This document shows positions 38,209 through 46,399 of a stretch of DNA of 55,111 bases, in pieces; positions within the stretch are counted from its first letter, which is position 1, and the number at the start of each line of letters is the position of its first letter. The position numbers and the translations under genes were made by a program. The notes beneath the pieces were generated by a model, which saw only the letters and a list, made by a program, of their open reading frames with translations, had not been told where the DNA came from and searched no databases. This DNA comes from a virus (lineage: Duplodnaviria; Caudoviricetes), in the IMG/VR virus record IMGVR_UViG_3300043777_000051, positions 1-55,111 of that record, one strand, 5' to 3'.

Positions 38209-38396
38209 TATTTTCTTGTTCCTTTTCGCGCAGTCCGGTATCGTGGCGCTCCTAATCGCTCAATCTGGCGTTCAACTGTAGCGAGTCTCGCCCCGAGCTT
38301 GTGTAGTTGCTCCATGATGTCGGGGTCGTGCCTGCATGCCAACCGCAAGGCTTCTTTGGCATTCGACTCCGCCGTCAAGAAACGCTCCCATGCCAC
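38208..38396 (-). CDS. hypothetical protein
   Basis: TAATG coupling. Confidence 0.5.
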   Translation of the reverse strand: MAWERFLTAESNAKEALRLACRHDPDIMEQLHKLGARLATVERQIERLGAPRYRTARKGTRK

Positions 38397-38408
38397 CGTT
38401 CTATTTTT

Positions 38409-38915
38409 TCATCGCGTTCTCCTAGCTCCATACCTGCGAATCTCTCCGCTTCCCTGACACAGTGGGCAAGTACCTTCGGTGGACTGACCGCCGTCAAGAA
38501 GAACCCCGACCTTACCCCTCCCCTGGCATCGCGCACAGGTTTCCGTATGTCCCGCCTCTGGAGTCGGAGATTTTTTTCTTCTTACTACTTTGGTTCCGTG
38601 AGCAGTCTCGCCTACAATCTTCGGCCCTGATGGTTCTTCCTCCGCCAGCGCAATCGCTTCGGCCATGGGATCGGAATAAACTTCCGTGCGCGGCAATTCT
38701 TCGACTTCCGCCACGGCGCGATTCCCGTTCCCATTGAACTCGAACACTTTCATGTCGGTCGGGGTGATGACTAACAAGGTACGCAAGTCGGGAATGATTT
38801 TGGCGATTCCTGCCGCCAGAAAGTTGTCCGCGAGGTCGAAAAGCCTGAGAGCGTAACTTCCTTCCGAGGTTCGATGGATCGTCAGTACTGGAGGAAGTTC
38901 GGGAGATTTAGGCAC
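38409..38915 (-). CDS. protein with DnaJ-type CxxCxGxG Zn finger
   Basis: CARCQGRG...CPLCQGSG. Confidence 0.65.
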   Translation of the reverse strand: MPKSPELPPVLTIHRTSEGSYALRLFDLADNFLAAGIAKIIPDLRTLLVITPTDMKVFEFNGNGNRAVAEVEELPRTEVYSDPMAEAIALAEEEPSGPKIVGETAHGTKVVRRKKSPTPEAGHTETCARCQGRGKVGVLLDGGQSTEGTCPLCQGSGEIRRYGARRTR

Positions 38916-39147
38916 GATAGATCAAAGTCTCCGCTTCAATTTCCGCCACCTTGTCCCGCAACTGCCAGCCGAGGGCAATCGCGCCGAGCAAAGCATTTCC
39001 TATCGGGTGCGCCAAACTAATCTGGCAGAATTCCTTGAAATAATCGGCTTGTGCCAGAGCTTCGAGAAGTTCCTGAGGAGCCGACTGGTATTTATCTTTC
39101 AGGTCGGCGTAGGCTTTCTCGATAGTGAACTGGTTGGGGATTTTCAC
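38908..39147 (-). CDS. hypothetical protein
   Basis: first gene after the promoter at 39180-39208. Confidence 0.55.
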   Translation of the reverse strand: MKIPNQFTIEKAYADLKDKYQSAPQELLEALAQADYFKEFCQISLAHPIGNALLGAIALGWQLRDKVAEIEAETLIYRA

Positions 39148-39179
39148 GTATTACTCTGGCTTTGAGTTTCTAGTGTGAG

Positions 39180-39208
39180 ACGATACGCTAAACTAAGAAG
39201 CGTGTCAA
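39180..39208 (-). promoter_or_regulatory. sigma70-like promoter facing the packaging/structural operon
   Basis: TTGACA-17 nt-TATCGT on the minus strand. Confidence 0.6.
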
Positions 39209-39414
39209 TCACTAAGCGTAGGCTCTCGGACAAACTTCGCGCTCATCTCTCCAATATCGGGAGAAAGGGAGGGCGCACGATGACGGAGGATAAACGCGCC
39301 GCCATCGTGCAGAACCTCAAGTCCGCAAGAGAAAAACGCTGGCCGAACCGCACTTCTAGAGCGCAGTCAGAGTCAGGGTCGCACTTACTGCCGGGGGATT
39401 CACCGCAGCCGTGA
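39202..39414 (+). CDS. small basic putative DNA-binding protein
   Basis: LSNIGRKGG...AREKRW; divergent from the late promoter. Confidence 0.55.
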   Translation: MSITKRRLSDKLRAHLSNIGRKGGRTMTEDKRAAIVQNLKSAREKRWPNRTSRAQSESGSHLLPGDSPQP

Positions 39415-39784
39415 CTGTCAAAACGTCGCTGGCCTTAATCCCAGAACCGGAATCCACTCCGTCGATGTTGACAATCCCCGGAGCTACTGCTGTGCAGAGT
39501 CCGGACGCAGGATCGACAGTCGCAATGGCCGTGTTCTCGCTCGAATAACTGACTGTCCCCGTAGGCGGGACGACCTGCCCCGTACCGTTCGGGCCGCTAA
39601 ATTCCTGATAAACCGCCTGTGCGCCCTTGCCTCCTACCGCGATGGTTGCTGGCATTTCGCCTCCTTCAAAGGTTAATGTTGCAGATCTTGGTTTCCTGGG
39701 TTTGAGTTCGTCGCGTATTTCCCGCAACAATTCCTTGATACTCCGAAGTTGGCAGAGAAAGCAATCACAATCTCGCGGATGCAT
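39356..39784 (-). CDS. Ig-like (Big_2-type) domain protein; alternative start at 39655
   Basis: VSYSSENTAIATVD.ASGLCTAVAPG; internal AAGGAGG RBS before ATG 39655. Confidence 0.65.
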   Translation of the reverse strand: MHPRDCDCFLCQLRSIKELLREIRDELKPRKPRSATLTFEGGEMPATIAVGGKGAQAVYQEFSGPNGTGQVVPPTGTVSYSSENTAIATVDPASGLCTAVAPGIVNIDGVDSGSGIKASDVLTVTAAVNPPAVSATLTLTAL

Positions 39785-39804
39785 CGTAATCGATGACTAT
39801 GCAC

Positions 39805-39833
39805 TTGACACAGAAATGAATTAAGCGTATATT
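39805..39833 (+). promoter_or_regulatory. transposase promoter with -35 inside the left TIR
   Basis: TTGACA-17-TATATT, then 6 nt to ATG 39840. Confidence 0.7.
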
Positions 39834-39839
39834 TTCTTC

Positions 39840-39920
39840 ATGCACCCGCTAGTTGAAATCGTGCTGGTTCTGGTGGTACTCGCCGGAACAGCATTTCTAA
39901 CATGGATGAAGATCAGATGA
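39840..39920 (+). CDS. 26-aa hydrophobic leader peptide
   Basis: MHPLVEIVLVLVVLAGTAFLTWMKIR; TGA overlaps ATG 39917 of the transposase. Confidence 0.45.
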   Translation: MHPLVEIVLVLVVLAGTAFLTWMKIR

Positions 39921-40879
39921 AACTGATAGAAGTCACAAAGGCTTTCGCAACCGAAGAACAATGCTTGGCCTACCTAGAAGCGAAACGCTGGCCCACTGGC
40001 GTGCGCTGCCTCACTTGCGGTTCTAAGGACATCTCCCGCATTATGCGCAAGGTCACCAAGAAAACGGACAACAAGCGCGCTCAGCTTTATCAGTGCTTAG
40101 AGCCGAGCTGCAAGGCTCAGTTCTCCGCGACTACGGGGACGATCTTCAACGGCTCTCACCTGTCCCTCGACAAATGGTACATGGCGGTTGCGCTCATGGT
40201 GGACGCGAAAAAGGGCATGTCAGCTTTGCAGCTTCAACGGCATTTGAAAGTTAACTACCGCACAGCCTGGTATCTCTGTCACCGCATCCGCGAAGCTATG
40301 GACGATCCTGAGGGGCTAAAGCTGACAGGAACAGTAGAGATCGACGAAACGTACATCGGCGGAAAGCAGAAGGGTCACAAGCGGAAAAGACTCAACAAGG
40401 ACGTGGTGCTCGGAATCCGACAGCGCGGCGGCCCTCTTCGGCTCGTACACGTTCGGGACAACAAGGCCGGGACGCTCTACGAAGCAATCGCGCAGCACGT
40501 TGACAAGGGTGTTGAAAAGATCATGACGGACGATGCTGGAGCCTACAATTTCCGCATCACCAAATTCCGCGATGCCAAGCACTCCCGAATCCGTCACAGC
40601 CGGGGTGAGTACGTCAAAGGCGAAGTCCACACAAACACCGTGGAAAATTCGTTCTCGCTCCTGAAACGGGCTGTGATAGGGACGTATCACCAGCTTTCGA
40701 TAAAGCACCTGCAACGCTACCTGAATGAGTTTTCTTACAGGTTCAATCGGCGGGAAGAAGCGGAACTGTTCGAGCAGACCGTGAGCCGGATGGCGGGAGT
40801 CAAGCCGATGCCCTACGCCAAGCTGATCGAACAGAACGCTTTTACGCCGTTCGTTCGTCCCGAAATGGGAACACACTAA
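39902..40879 (+). CDS. tnp: IS1595-family transposase (likely start 39917)
   Basis: Zn ribbon, VEIDETYIGG, IMTDD, HTNTVEN, YLNEFSYRFNRR. Confidence 0.93.
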   Translation: MDEDQMKLIEVTKAFATEEQCLAYLEAKRWPTGVRCLTCGSKDISRIMRKVTKKTDNKRAQLYQCLEPSCKAQFSATTGTIFNGSHLSLDKWYMAVALMVDAKKGMSALQLQRHLKVNYRTAWYLCHRIREAMDDPEGLKLTGTVEIDETYIGGKQKGHKRKRLNKDVVLGIRQRGGPLRLVHVRDNKAGTLYEAIAQHVDKGVEKIMTDDAGAYNFRITKFRDAKHSRIRHSRGEYVKGEVHTNTVENSFSLLKRAVIGTYHQLSIKHLQRYLNEFSYRFNRREEAELFEQTVSRMAGVKPMPYAKLIEQNAFTPFVRPEMGTH

Positions 40880-40989
40880 GGTAATTGCATTAGGTAATAG
40901 CCATTGATTACAAAGGAGTTACGGGACATTAAAATTACAATATTTTCCTTGCTTCTTTCTCCCCTCTAGTGCATCATACATAGCGATAG

Positions 40990-41060
40990 AACCTCCACGC
41001 CTAGCCTCAGTAGTGTGTTTTCACACTCATTGAGTGATGCGCATAGTTGGAGGTTTTTTT
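40990..41060 (+). ncRNA. structured RNA upstream of abiF (putative RNA antitoxin/attenuator)
   Basis: AACCTCCA/TGGAGGTT closing stem, inner AGTGTG-TTTT-CACACT hairpin, T7 run. Confidence 0.6.
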
Positions 41061-41071
41061 ATTGCCGTAAA

Positions 41072-41974
41072 ATGAAGTTTCCGAAAGTTGCAAAAACGTA
41101 CGATGAGCAACTCGCGCTCTTAAAGGAGCGCGGCCTCTCCATTTCGAGCGATGAAGTGGCGCTGCGATGGCTTAGGCGCGTGAGTTATTATCGGCTTAGC
41201 GCTTACTTTCCCACATTCAGAAAATCCCCAGCCAGCGAAGAGTTTCTTCCCCGAGCCAGCTTCGATGCCATAATTGACCTGTACGTGTTCGACTGCCGAT
41301 TGCGGAATATCTTTATGATCGCAATCGAACGCATTGAGATTTCTCTCCGAACGGTCATCACCTACGAATTGTCACACGCACACGGACCTTTCGCCCACAC
41401 ATTACCAGCGGCATATTCGTCATGGTTCATGAAGATAGTTAGGCTCGGAGAACCGCCGCCGTTTGATGAGTTCATAAGCAATATCGAGAAAGAGGAAAAG
41501 CGGGGCAAGGAACTCTTCATCAAGACTTACCGAGAAAAGTACACCCTAGAAAAACATTTGCCAATTTGGATGGCTACGGAACTCATGTCGTTCGGTACGT
41601 TGTCGATGATGTTCGAGGGCCTCAAGAGCGCAACGAAAACCAAAATCGCGGCGGAGTACAAATTGGCAGAAAAGCCGTTTCAGAACTGGCTGCACGTCCT
41701 TTCCAGCATCCGCAATCTTATTGCCCATCACAGTCGGCTGTGGAATCGCCAGCTTGGAGTACAGGCAATGATTCCCCACGGATGGGTTTATGAAGTTCCC
41801 AGGACAGATCGAATTTACTGTGTGGCGGTTATGACCCAGCATTTGCTACAGGTAATCGCTACCGGCGGCAATTGGAAAAAGCGCTTGTTTGTGCTTTTCG
41901 ACCATCACCCCCACGTTCCGCTAGATCCCATGGGATTCCCTCATGATTGGCGAGAATTAGAGCCGTGGAAATAG
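41072..41974 (+). CDS. abiF: AbiD/AbiF-family (Abi_2) HEPN protein
   Basis: QLALLKERGL, SYYRLSAY, LYVFDCRLR, IERIEISLR, PIWMATELMSFG, IRNLIAHHSRLWN (RxxxxH). Confidence 0.88.
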   Translation: MKFPKVAKTYDEQLALLKERGLSISSDEVALRWLRRVSYYRLSAYFPTFRKSPASEEFLPRASFDAIIDLYVFDCRLRNIFMIAIERIEISLRTVITYELSHAHGPFAHTLPAAYSSWFMKIVRLGEPPPFDEFISNIEKEEKRGKELFIKTYREKYTLEKHLPIWMATELMSFGTLSMMFEGLKSATKTKIAAEYKLAEKPFQNWLHVLSSIRNLIAHHSRLWNRQLGVQAMIPHGWVYEVPRTDRIYCVAVMTQHLLQVIATGGNWKKRLFVLFDHHPHVPLDPMGFPHDWRELEPWK

Positions 41975-42143
41975 TTCGGCTGAGAGGCGCTAAATAACTG
42001 AGAGGCAATGGTTTATGGTTCCTTGCATCCTAGCCGCCGTGCACAGAATCAAAATAGTGACTTTACAGCGACCACTGTATCGGCGCAGAACCTAGACTAA
42101 AGTACTCTACCCGGAGAGCAGGGAGGACTGTGTATAATGGAAG

Positions 42144-42172
42144 TTGACACCCTCCCAGCCAGGCAGTAGACT
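42144..42172 (+). promoter_or_regulatory. sigma70-like promoter followed by AAGGAGG and only a 10-codon ORF
   Basis: TTGACA-17-TAGACT; ATG 42218 gives MKIRSENDFG*. Confidence 0.5.
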
Positions 42173-42678
42173 GCTTGCCCTAAGGGGCTCTAGGCTCGAA
42201 GGAGGAGTCCATTCAAAATGAAGATTCGGAGTGAGAACGATTTCGGATAAACCATTCACTGGTATAAATATAGCTGCCTGACCTAGGTCAGGGTTTCGGC
42301 GGTTCTTTTCAAAAGGGGATTTTTGGCAGTTACCGCGTTTCGCCTACCACAAGTCGGTAACTCGCGCAAGCGATATTATGGCGAAAACTGTGTATTTTAG
42401 TGGATTCCCTGTGTAGAACATGTGGAAAGCCGCTAGTGGCTTGTGGTACATTCTTGCTTGTACGCAGTGTAAGCATATTTGCTTACCGTAGGAGCCTTCG
42501 GAACTCTGGCCCGAAAGGTTAACGGCGCGGCGAAATCTCAGGCGTGGTGTGGTGCAAAGGTACGGTCACACGACCGACAATAGAGAACTCACTTGTGAGG
42601 CGAGGGCACTGTGAGTAAACGGAATCCCCCAAAATTCATTCATTAAAGATTGGCTGCAAAGTTGCAACGCAGCCAATG

Positions 42679-42751
42679 AGACCGAGGCCGGAGTCGAACC
42701 GGATGGGTGTCCCTTGCAAAGAGCACTCCGTTCCGCACGGGGACCTCGGTC
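42679..42751 (-). tRNA. degenerate tRNA-Cys(GCA)-like RNA
   Basis: GACCGAG/CTCGGTC acceptor, T discriminator, TTGCAAG loop, CCGG-TTCGACT-CCGG; irregular D and anticodon arms. Confidence 0.5.
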
Positions 42752-42906
42752 GTGAAGGCGGGACTAAACGTTGGAGCGCAGACATCTTGGTGGGGCGAGT
42801 GGGTGTTGATTCCCCAACAAGTAGAACGTGCCCTTGAGACCGTTTAGTCCCGCCGATCATTGTACATTGGAGTCAATAGTTTGCCCTGTGGAAATCGACG
42901 GCATAT

Positions 42907-43086
42907 ATGGGAGAACAAAAGGTAAACCCACAATTTGACCGTTTCAAAGATGCCATGAAGAAGCTCATGGCTGTTCCCCATTCCGAGATCAAGGCGCACC
43001 TGGATGCCGAGAAAGCCGCAAAGCGCCTCAAGCGGACGCGGAAGTCTAAGTACGCTGCCTTCCGCGCCGTGAATAGAAACGGTTAG
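42907..43086 (+). CDS. 59-aa basic protein convergent on the transposase stop
   Basis: MGEQKVNPQFDRFKDAMKKLMAVPHSEIKAHLDAEKAAKRLKRTRKSK... Confidence 0.55.
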   Translation: MGEQKVNPQFDRFKDAMKKLMAVPHSEIKAHLDAEKAAKRLKRTRKSKYAAFRAVNRNG

Positions 43087-44066
43087 AGGGGACGCTCCAT
43101 AGTCTTGCCAGTCAGTTCCGCATAGGTCAGCCGCTTTCCTACAATCTGCCTTAGAGCTATCTTGAACCTATCGGAATCATTCAGTGGATTATCTTTCGTT
43201 GCGCGATTGTTGTAACGGAAAGCCTGTTCGTCCACGTATCTTTCCAAGTGAAAAGGCTCAACGCAAACGTAGGTTCCTTTCAGGGAACGCTTCATCAAAC
43301 TCCAAAAGTTTTCGAGACCGTTCGTATGCACACGGCCACGGACGTATTCTTCTGCATGGTTCACAACTTCATGCACGAAGTTGCAACGCAGATCGTCATA
43401 AGGAACCGCGTCATCGGTGTAAACCTTGGTGCCGTACTTCACATTCTTTAGAACTTCGGATTGCAACGTTTCACGCTTCACGTCCGGCACAACCTTTGCC
43501 CGAACTTCGCGCAGGTTGCGGTCAAGAATGCCTTGCACAATCGTCTTGCCAGTCGAACCGCCAGTGTGCCCACTCTCAGCGGCGAATCGTGTACGGCGCG
43601 AACGGTGCATATTCTTTAGTTTGCCGCCGACAAAACTCTCATCGACTTCGACTTCACTGCCGCCGCCGCCCAGCTTGGAGAATCCAAAGCCGCGACGCAG
43701 GGCCACGCGAATGCGATGAAGCATGAACCATGCACTTTTCTGAGTCACGCCCAGAGCGCGATGCAGTTCCCAGCTAGAGATGCCGTTCTTATCGTTGACC
43801 AGCATCCACACGGCGGGAAGCCACTTCTCTAAGGCAATAGGTGAGTCCTCAAATACGGTGCCGACCTTCAGGGAGAACTTGGTCTTAGGATGCTTCGCAT
43901 AGCACTTGTAGACACGCGCCTTGGCAAGGTAGGTGACCTTCTCGGACTGGCACTTCGGGCAGCGTACCTGCCCGTCATCCCAGCGGATAGAGATCATAAA
44001 CTGGCGACAGTTCTCAAAGTCTGCAAAATATTTTATTGCTTCCTGTAACGTCCGTGGCGTTTCCAT
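43083..44066 (-). CDS. tnp: IS1595-family transposase (leaderless)
   Basis: CPKC, VEVDESFVGG, VYTDD, HTNGLENFWS; TTGACT-17-CATATT-6 nt-ATG. Confidence 0.93.
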   Translation of the reverse strand: METPRTLQEAIKYFADFENCRQFMISIRWDDGQVRCPKCQSEKVTYLAKARVYKCYAKHPKTKFSLKVGTVFEDSPIALEKWLPAVWMLVNDKNGISSWELHRALGVTQKSAWFMLHRIRVALRRGFGFSKLGGGGSEVEVDESFVGGKLKNMHRSRRTRFAAESGHTGGSTGKTIVQGILDRNLREVRAKVVPDVKRETLQSEVLKNVKYGTKVYTDDAVPYDDLRCNFVHEVVNHAEEYVRGRVHTNGLENFWSLMKRSLKGTYVCVEPFHLERYVDEQAFRYNNRATKDNPLNDSDRFKIALRQIVGKRLTYAELTGKTMERPL

Positions 44067-44518
44067 GCAGTAAATATGCCACAAACAGAACGGTCAGTCA
44101 AGTATATTCTTGCCAAGAATGTGGCTCCCTTGCCATCGACTTTTTCTGCGCCAGGAGGCACCGAGTTGGCCCTTTAACAACGCACGCAAATGTAGCTAGC
44201 AACAGCCGAAATGTCAACTTACCCTCTAAATGGAGTTAGATGCTGGCAGGGTCTTACCGTTTGATAGGTTCAGACTGAATTAATTTCTGCAAAACCTTGT
44301 CGAAAACCTGTTTCTCTACTCGAATCCGCTTGGGGAGCGGCTTTGCTGATGTGCGTTTTTTCGGACCTTTTTGACTACTCATTTTGCATTCCACTTATGT
44401 TTTGCGCAACTATCCACAGATAAGTCGCCACATCCACAGCTTCTTCACAGGTCAAATCCCGAAATCGCAGCATTTTCGCTTTTCTTTTGAATTTATTGCC
44501 CTAGCATTTCAGGTGGCG

Positions 44519-44606
44519 GGAGGCTGACTGGTCGGTTTACCAGGAGCGGACTTATAATCCGCAGTTCCCCGCGAGGAACGGTGTTCGACTCACCCAGCCT
44601 CCGCCA
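44519..44606 (+). tRNA. 8/4 allo-tRNA, anticodon UAU, long variable arm
   Basis: acceptor GGAGGCTG/CAGCCTCC (8 bp), G+CCA, D stem CTGGT/ACCAG, GCGGA-CTTATAA-TCCGC, V-arm GTTCC/GGAAC, T arm GGTG-TTCGACT-CACC (4 bp). Confidence 0.8.
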
Positions 44607-45162
44607 TCCTTCGCAGTCCGTTATACCACCAAACACATCCTGTGGCACAAGCGGTTTCTGCGTCCCGCGAGGGAATCTGTACTATAATCTCCAAACCTTT
44701 CCCCAAGGGCCTCCCCGGAGTTCCGTTTTCGTAACACACTCTCATTCCTGTGCGGTATCCTCCGCCGATGTGAGAAGGTGTGCTTACCGGAAATCGGGAT
44801 TCCGGGGTCTTAAACCGCACACAGCAAGTCGAGACCCCGATAGGGGGTTCCCGCTTCCGGTGAGCGCTTCTTCGCTTGCAATCATCAGCATTAGGTCCCA
44901 GAACCAGAGCCGAAAGACTTCTTGCCGTCCTCAGCATCATGGGTTAGCGTAGTTGCCGATCAGTACGCAACACACACTCGCCCCCGACTCCAAACTGCCA
45001 GAAGCGAGTCGGGGGTTTCTCCTCGCTCCTTACGCCCTGACTTCACAACCACCGGGGGGAGGCCAGAAGTCAGGGCCTTTTCTCAGGCGAAAGTTCTGCA
45101 TTAACACCGCTGCTTGTCTACCTCTGTGGTATAACGTTGGCCTTCCCCTAGAAAGCAAGTTG

Positions 45163-45777
45163 CTAGTCCTTCAACTTTCCACCTTGGAGGAGTATCTGTC
45201 CGCCTTCCTTGCTTACATCTGATAGTCGCCTGATACTTGTTCCATCCCGATCTTTCGGTAGCAACAATACACTGACTCCTGTTTGCGCCCCTATCTTGGC
45301 AACTGATCTGATCGTGGCGTTGGGGTCGTAGGCAATCACGATAGACACTAAGCCCCCGGTGATCTGGAAAGGTTTACTCACAGCAATTTTGTCATCCGCC
45401 ATTTCGTCAACGGTAGGATCAAACACATGGCAGGTAATAAACATGTTGTATTTATCGGCCACCTTCACGAACGATGATGTATCTATCGCAGCGCTACAGC
45501 CCTCCGTCGTTCCGCCCCACGCAGCAATAAACACGGGAAGTGGTGAGGGCCTGACGGCTGCAATTATGAAAGGCAACCAGCACACAAGGATCAGCCCAAC
45601 CATTAAAAACACTGGCGTATAGAGTCTCCTGACCAACGCCCTTTCCGCCGCTACGCGCTTTGGTGAGCGCGGCGACGGTATCTCTTCTATCTTTTGTTTC
45701 ATAAGCCTGATTTGGTAAGCCTGAAACCCGACTCCAATCACAGTCACGACGAGCGGCAGCCAAAACTTGTAATCCAC
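45163..45777 (-). CDS. two-TM membrane protein (transposon cargo)
   Basis: AGGAGG RBS; two hydrophobic helices; reads inward from the right TIR. Confidence 0.7.
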   Translation of the reverse strand: MDYKFWLPLVVTVIGVGFQAYQIRLMKQKIEEIPSPRSPKRVAAERALVRRLYTPVFLMVGLILVCWLPFIIAAVRPSPLPVFIAAWGGTTEGCSAAIDTSSFVKVADKYNMFITCHVFDPTVDEMADDKIAVSKPFQITGGLVSIVIAYDPNATIRSVAKIGAQTGVSVLLLPKDRDGTSIRRLSDVSKEGGQILLQGGKLKD

Positions 45778-45853
45778 GATGACCTCCTGCTGGTGACGAC
45801 AAAGAGCATTTTACGCCCCCTCTGTGTCAAATGCATAGTCATCTCGTAATCTC

Positions 45854-46150
45854 CTACCTTTTCAATTCGGTATGGAATGGCGGACCATCGCACGCCCACT
45901 TCGTCCCCAAGTCCTTCATCTCCCCACCGTGGGTTGAGCACTTTCTCGCGCCGAACAACCGTACAACATCTTCGGTAACTGGTATGGGTTGTTTACTTTT
46001 CAAAACCGGAAGCCTCGGCACCCCTCCGTCACAAGCCTTAACCAACGCCGCTATCACAAAATCCCTAATCGTTAGGTTAGCCTTCGCCGCCGATACCCTA
46101 ACCTCCATCACTAAACTCACGTCCACATTCCGTATATTTAAATCCGGCAT
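45854..46150 (-). CDS. ribbon-helix-helix regulator with C-terminal Zn-ribbon-like motif
   Basis: MPDLNIRNVD...AAKANLTIRDFVIAAL; CSTH...C...H. Confidence 0.65.
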   Translation of the reverse strand: MPDLNIRNVDVSLVMEVRVSAAKANLTIRDFVIAALVKACDGGVPRLPVLKSKQPIPVTEDVVRLFGARKCSTHGGEMKDLGTKWACDGPPFHTELKR

Positions 46151-46208
46151 GTCACGATTGTTACATACCTCCCCGCCTTAGTCAACCTATTTACGTTACA
46201 TATGTGAC
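46149..46208 (-). promoter_or_regulatory. promoter with putative RHH operator half-sites
   Basis: TTGACT-17-AACAAT; near-palindromes ATGTCAC-GATT-GTTACAT and GTTACATATGTGAC. Confidence 0.45.
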
Positions 46209-46399
46209 GCTACTACGCTTTGTGAGAAAACACCTGCGAGATAAATTAGGGTTTGGAGCCTCCATTTCTTCCTTCGCCGCGTTTCCTCGACGGGGTGCTC
46301 GGACTTCGGGCGCAAGGAAGCCTAAGTTTGTGACTGGAAACGAGTTGCGGCGATCTTGAACATTCGTTGTTCAACTTGCGTATTATCGGACTGGCGTAG

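Larger units (their letters stand above)
42261..44114 (-). mobile_element. nested second IS1595-family element (boundaries tentative)
   Basis: GGCAAGAATATACTTGACTGACC (minus, from 44114) vs GGTATAAATATAGCTGCCTGACC (42261-42283), 17/23; no TSD seen. Confidence 0.55.
39792..45843 (+). mobile_element. IS1595-family cargo transposon, 6052 bp
   Basis: TIRs 39792-39814 and 45821-45843 match at 22/23; TSD TCGTAATC at 39784-39791 and 45844-45851. Confidence 0.92.

Noticed and set aside
42490-42600. Glycine riboswitch
   Set aside because: Only AAATCTCAGG is reminiscent; the other conserved elements and a downstream gene are absent.
46367-46392. dif/Xer site
   Set aside because: TTATCGGACT resembles one arm, but the second arm does not match TTATGT(T/C)AA.
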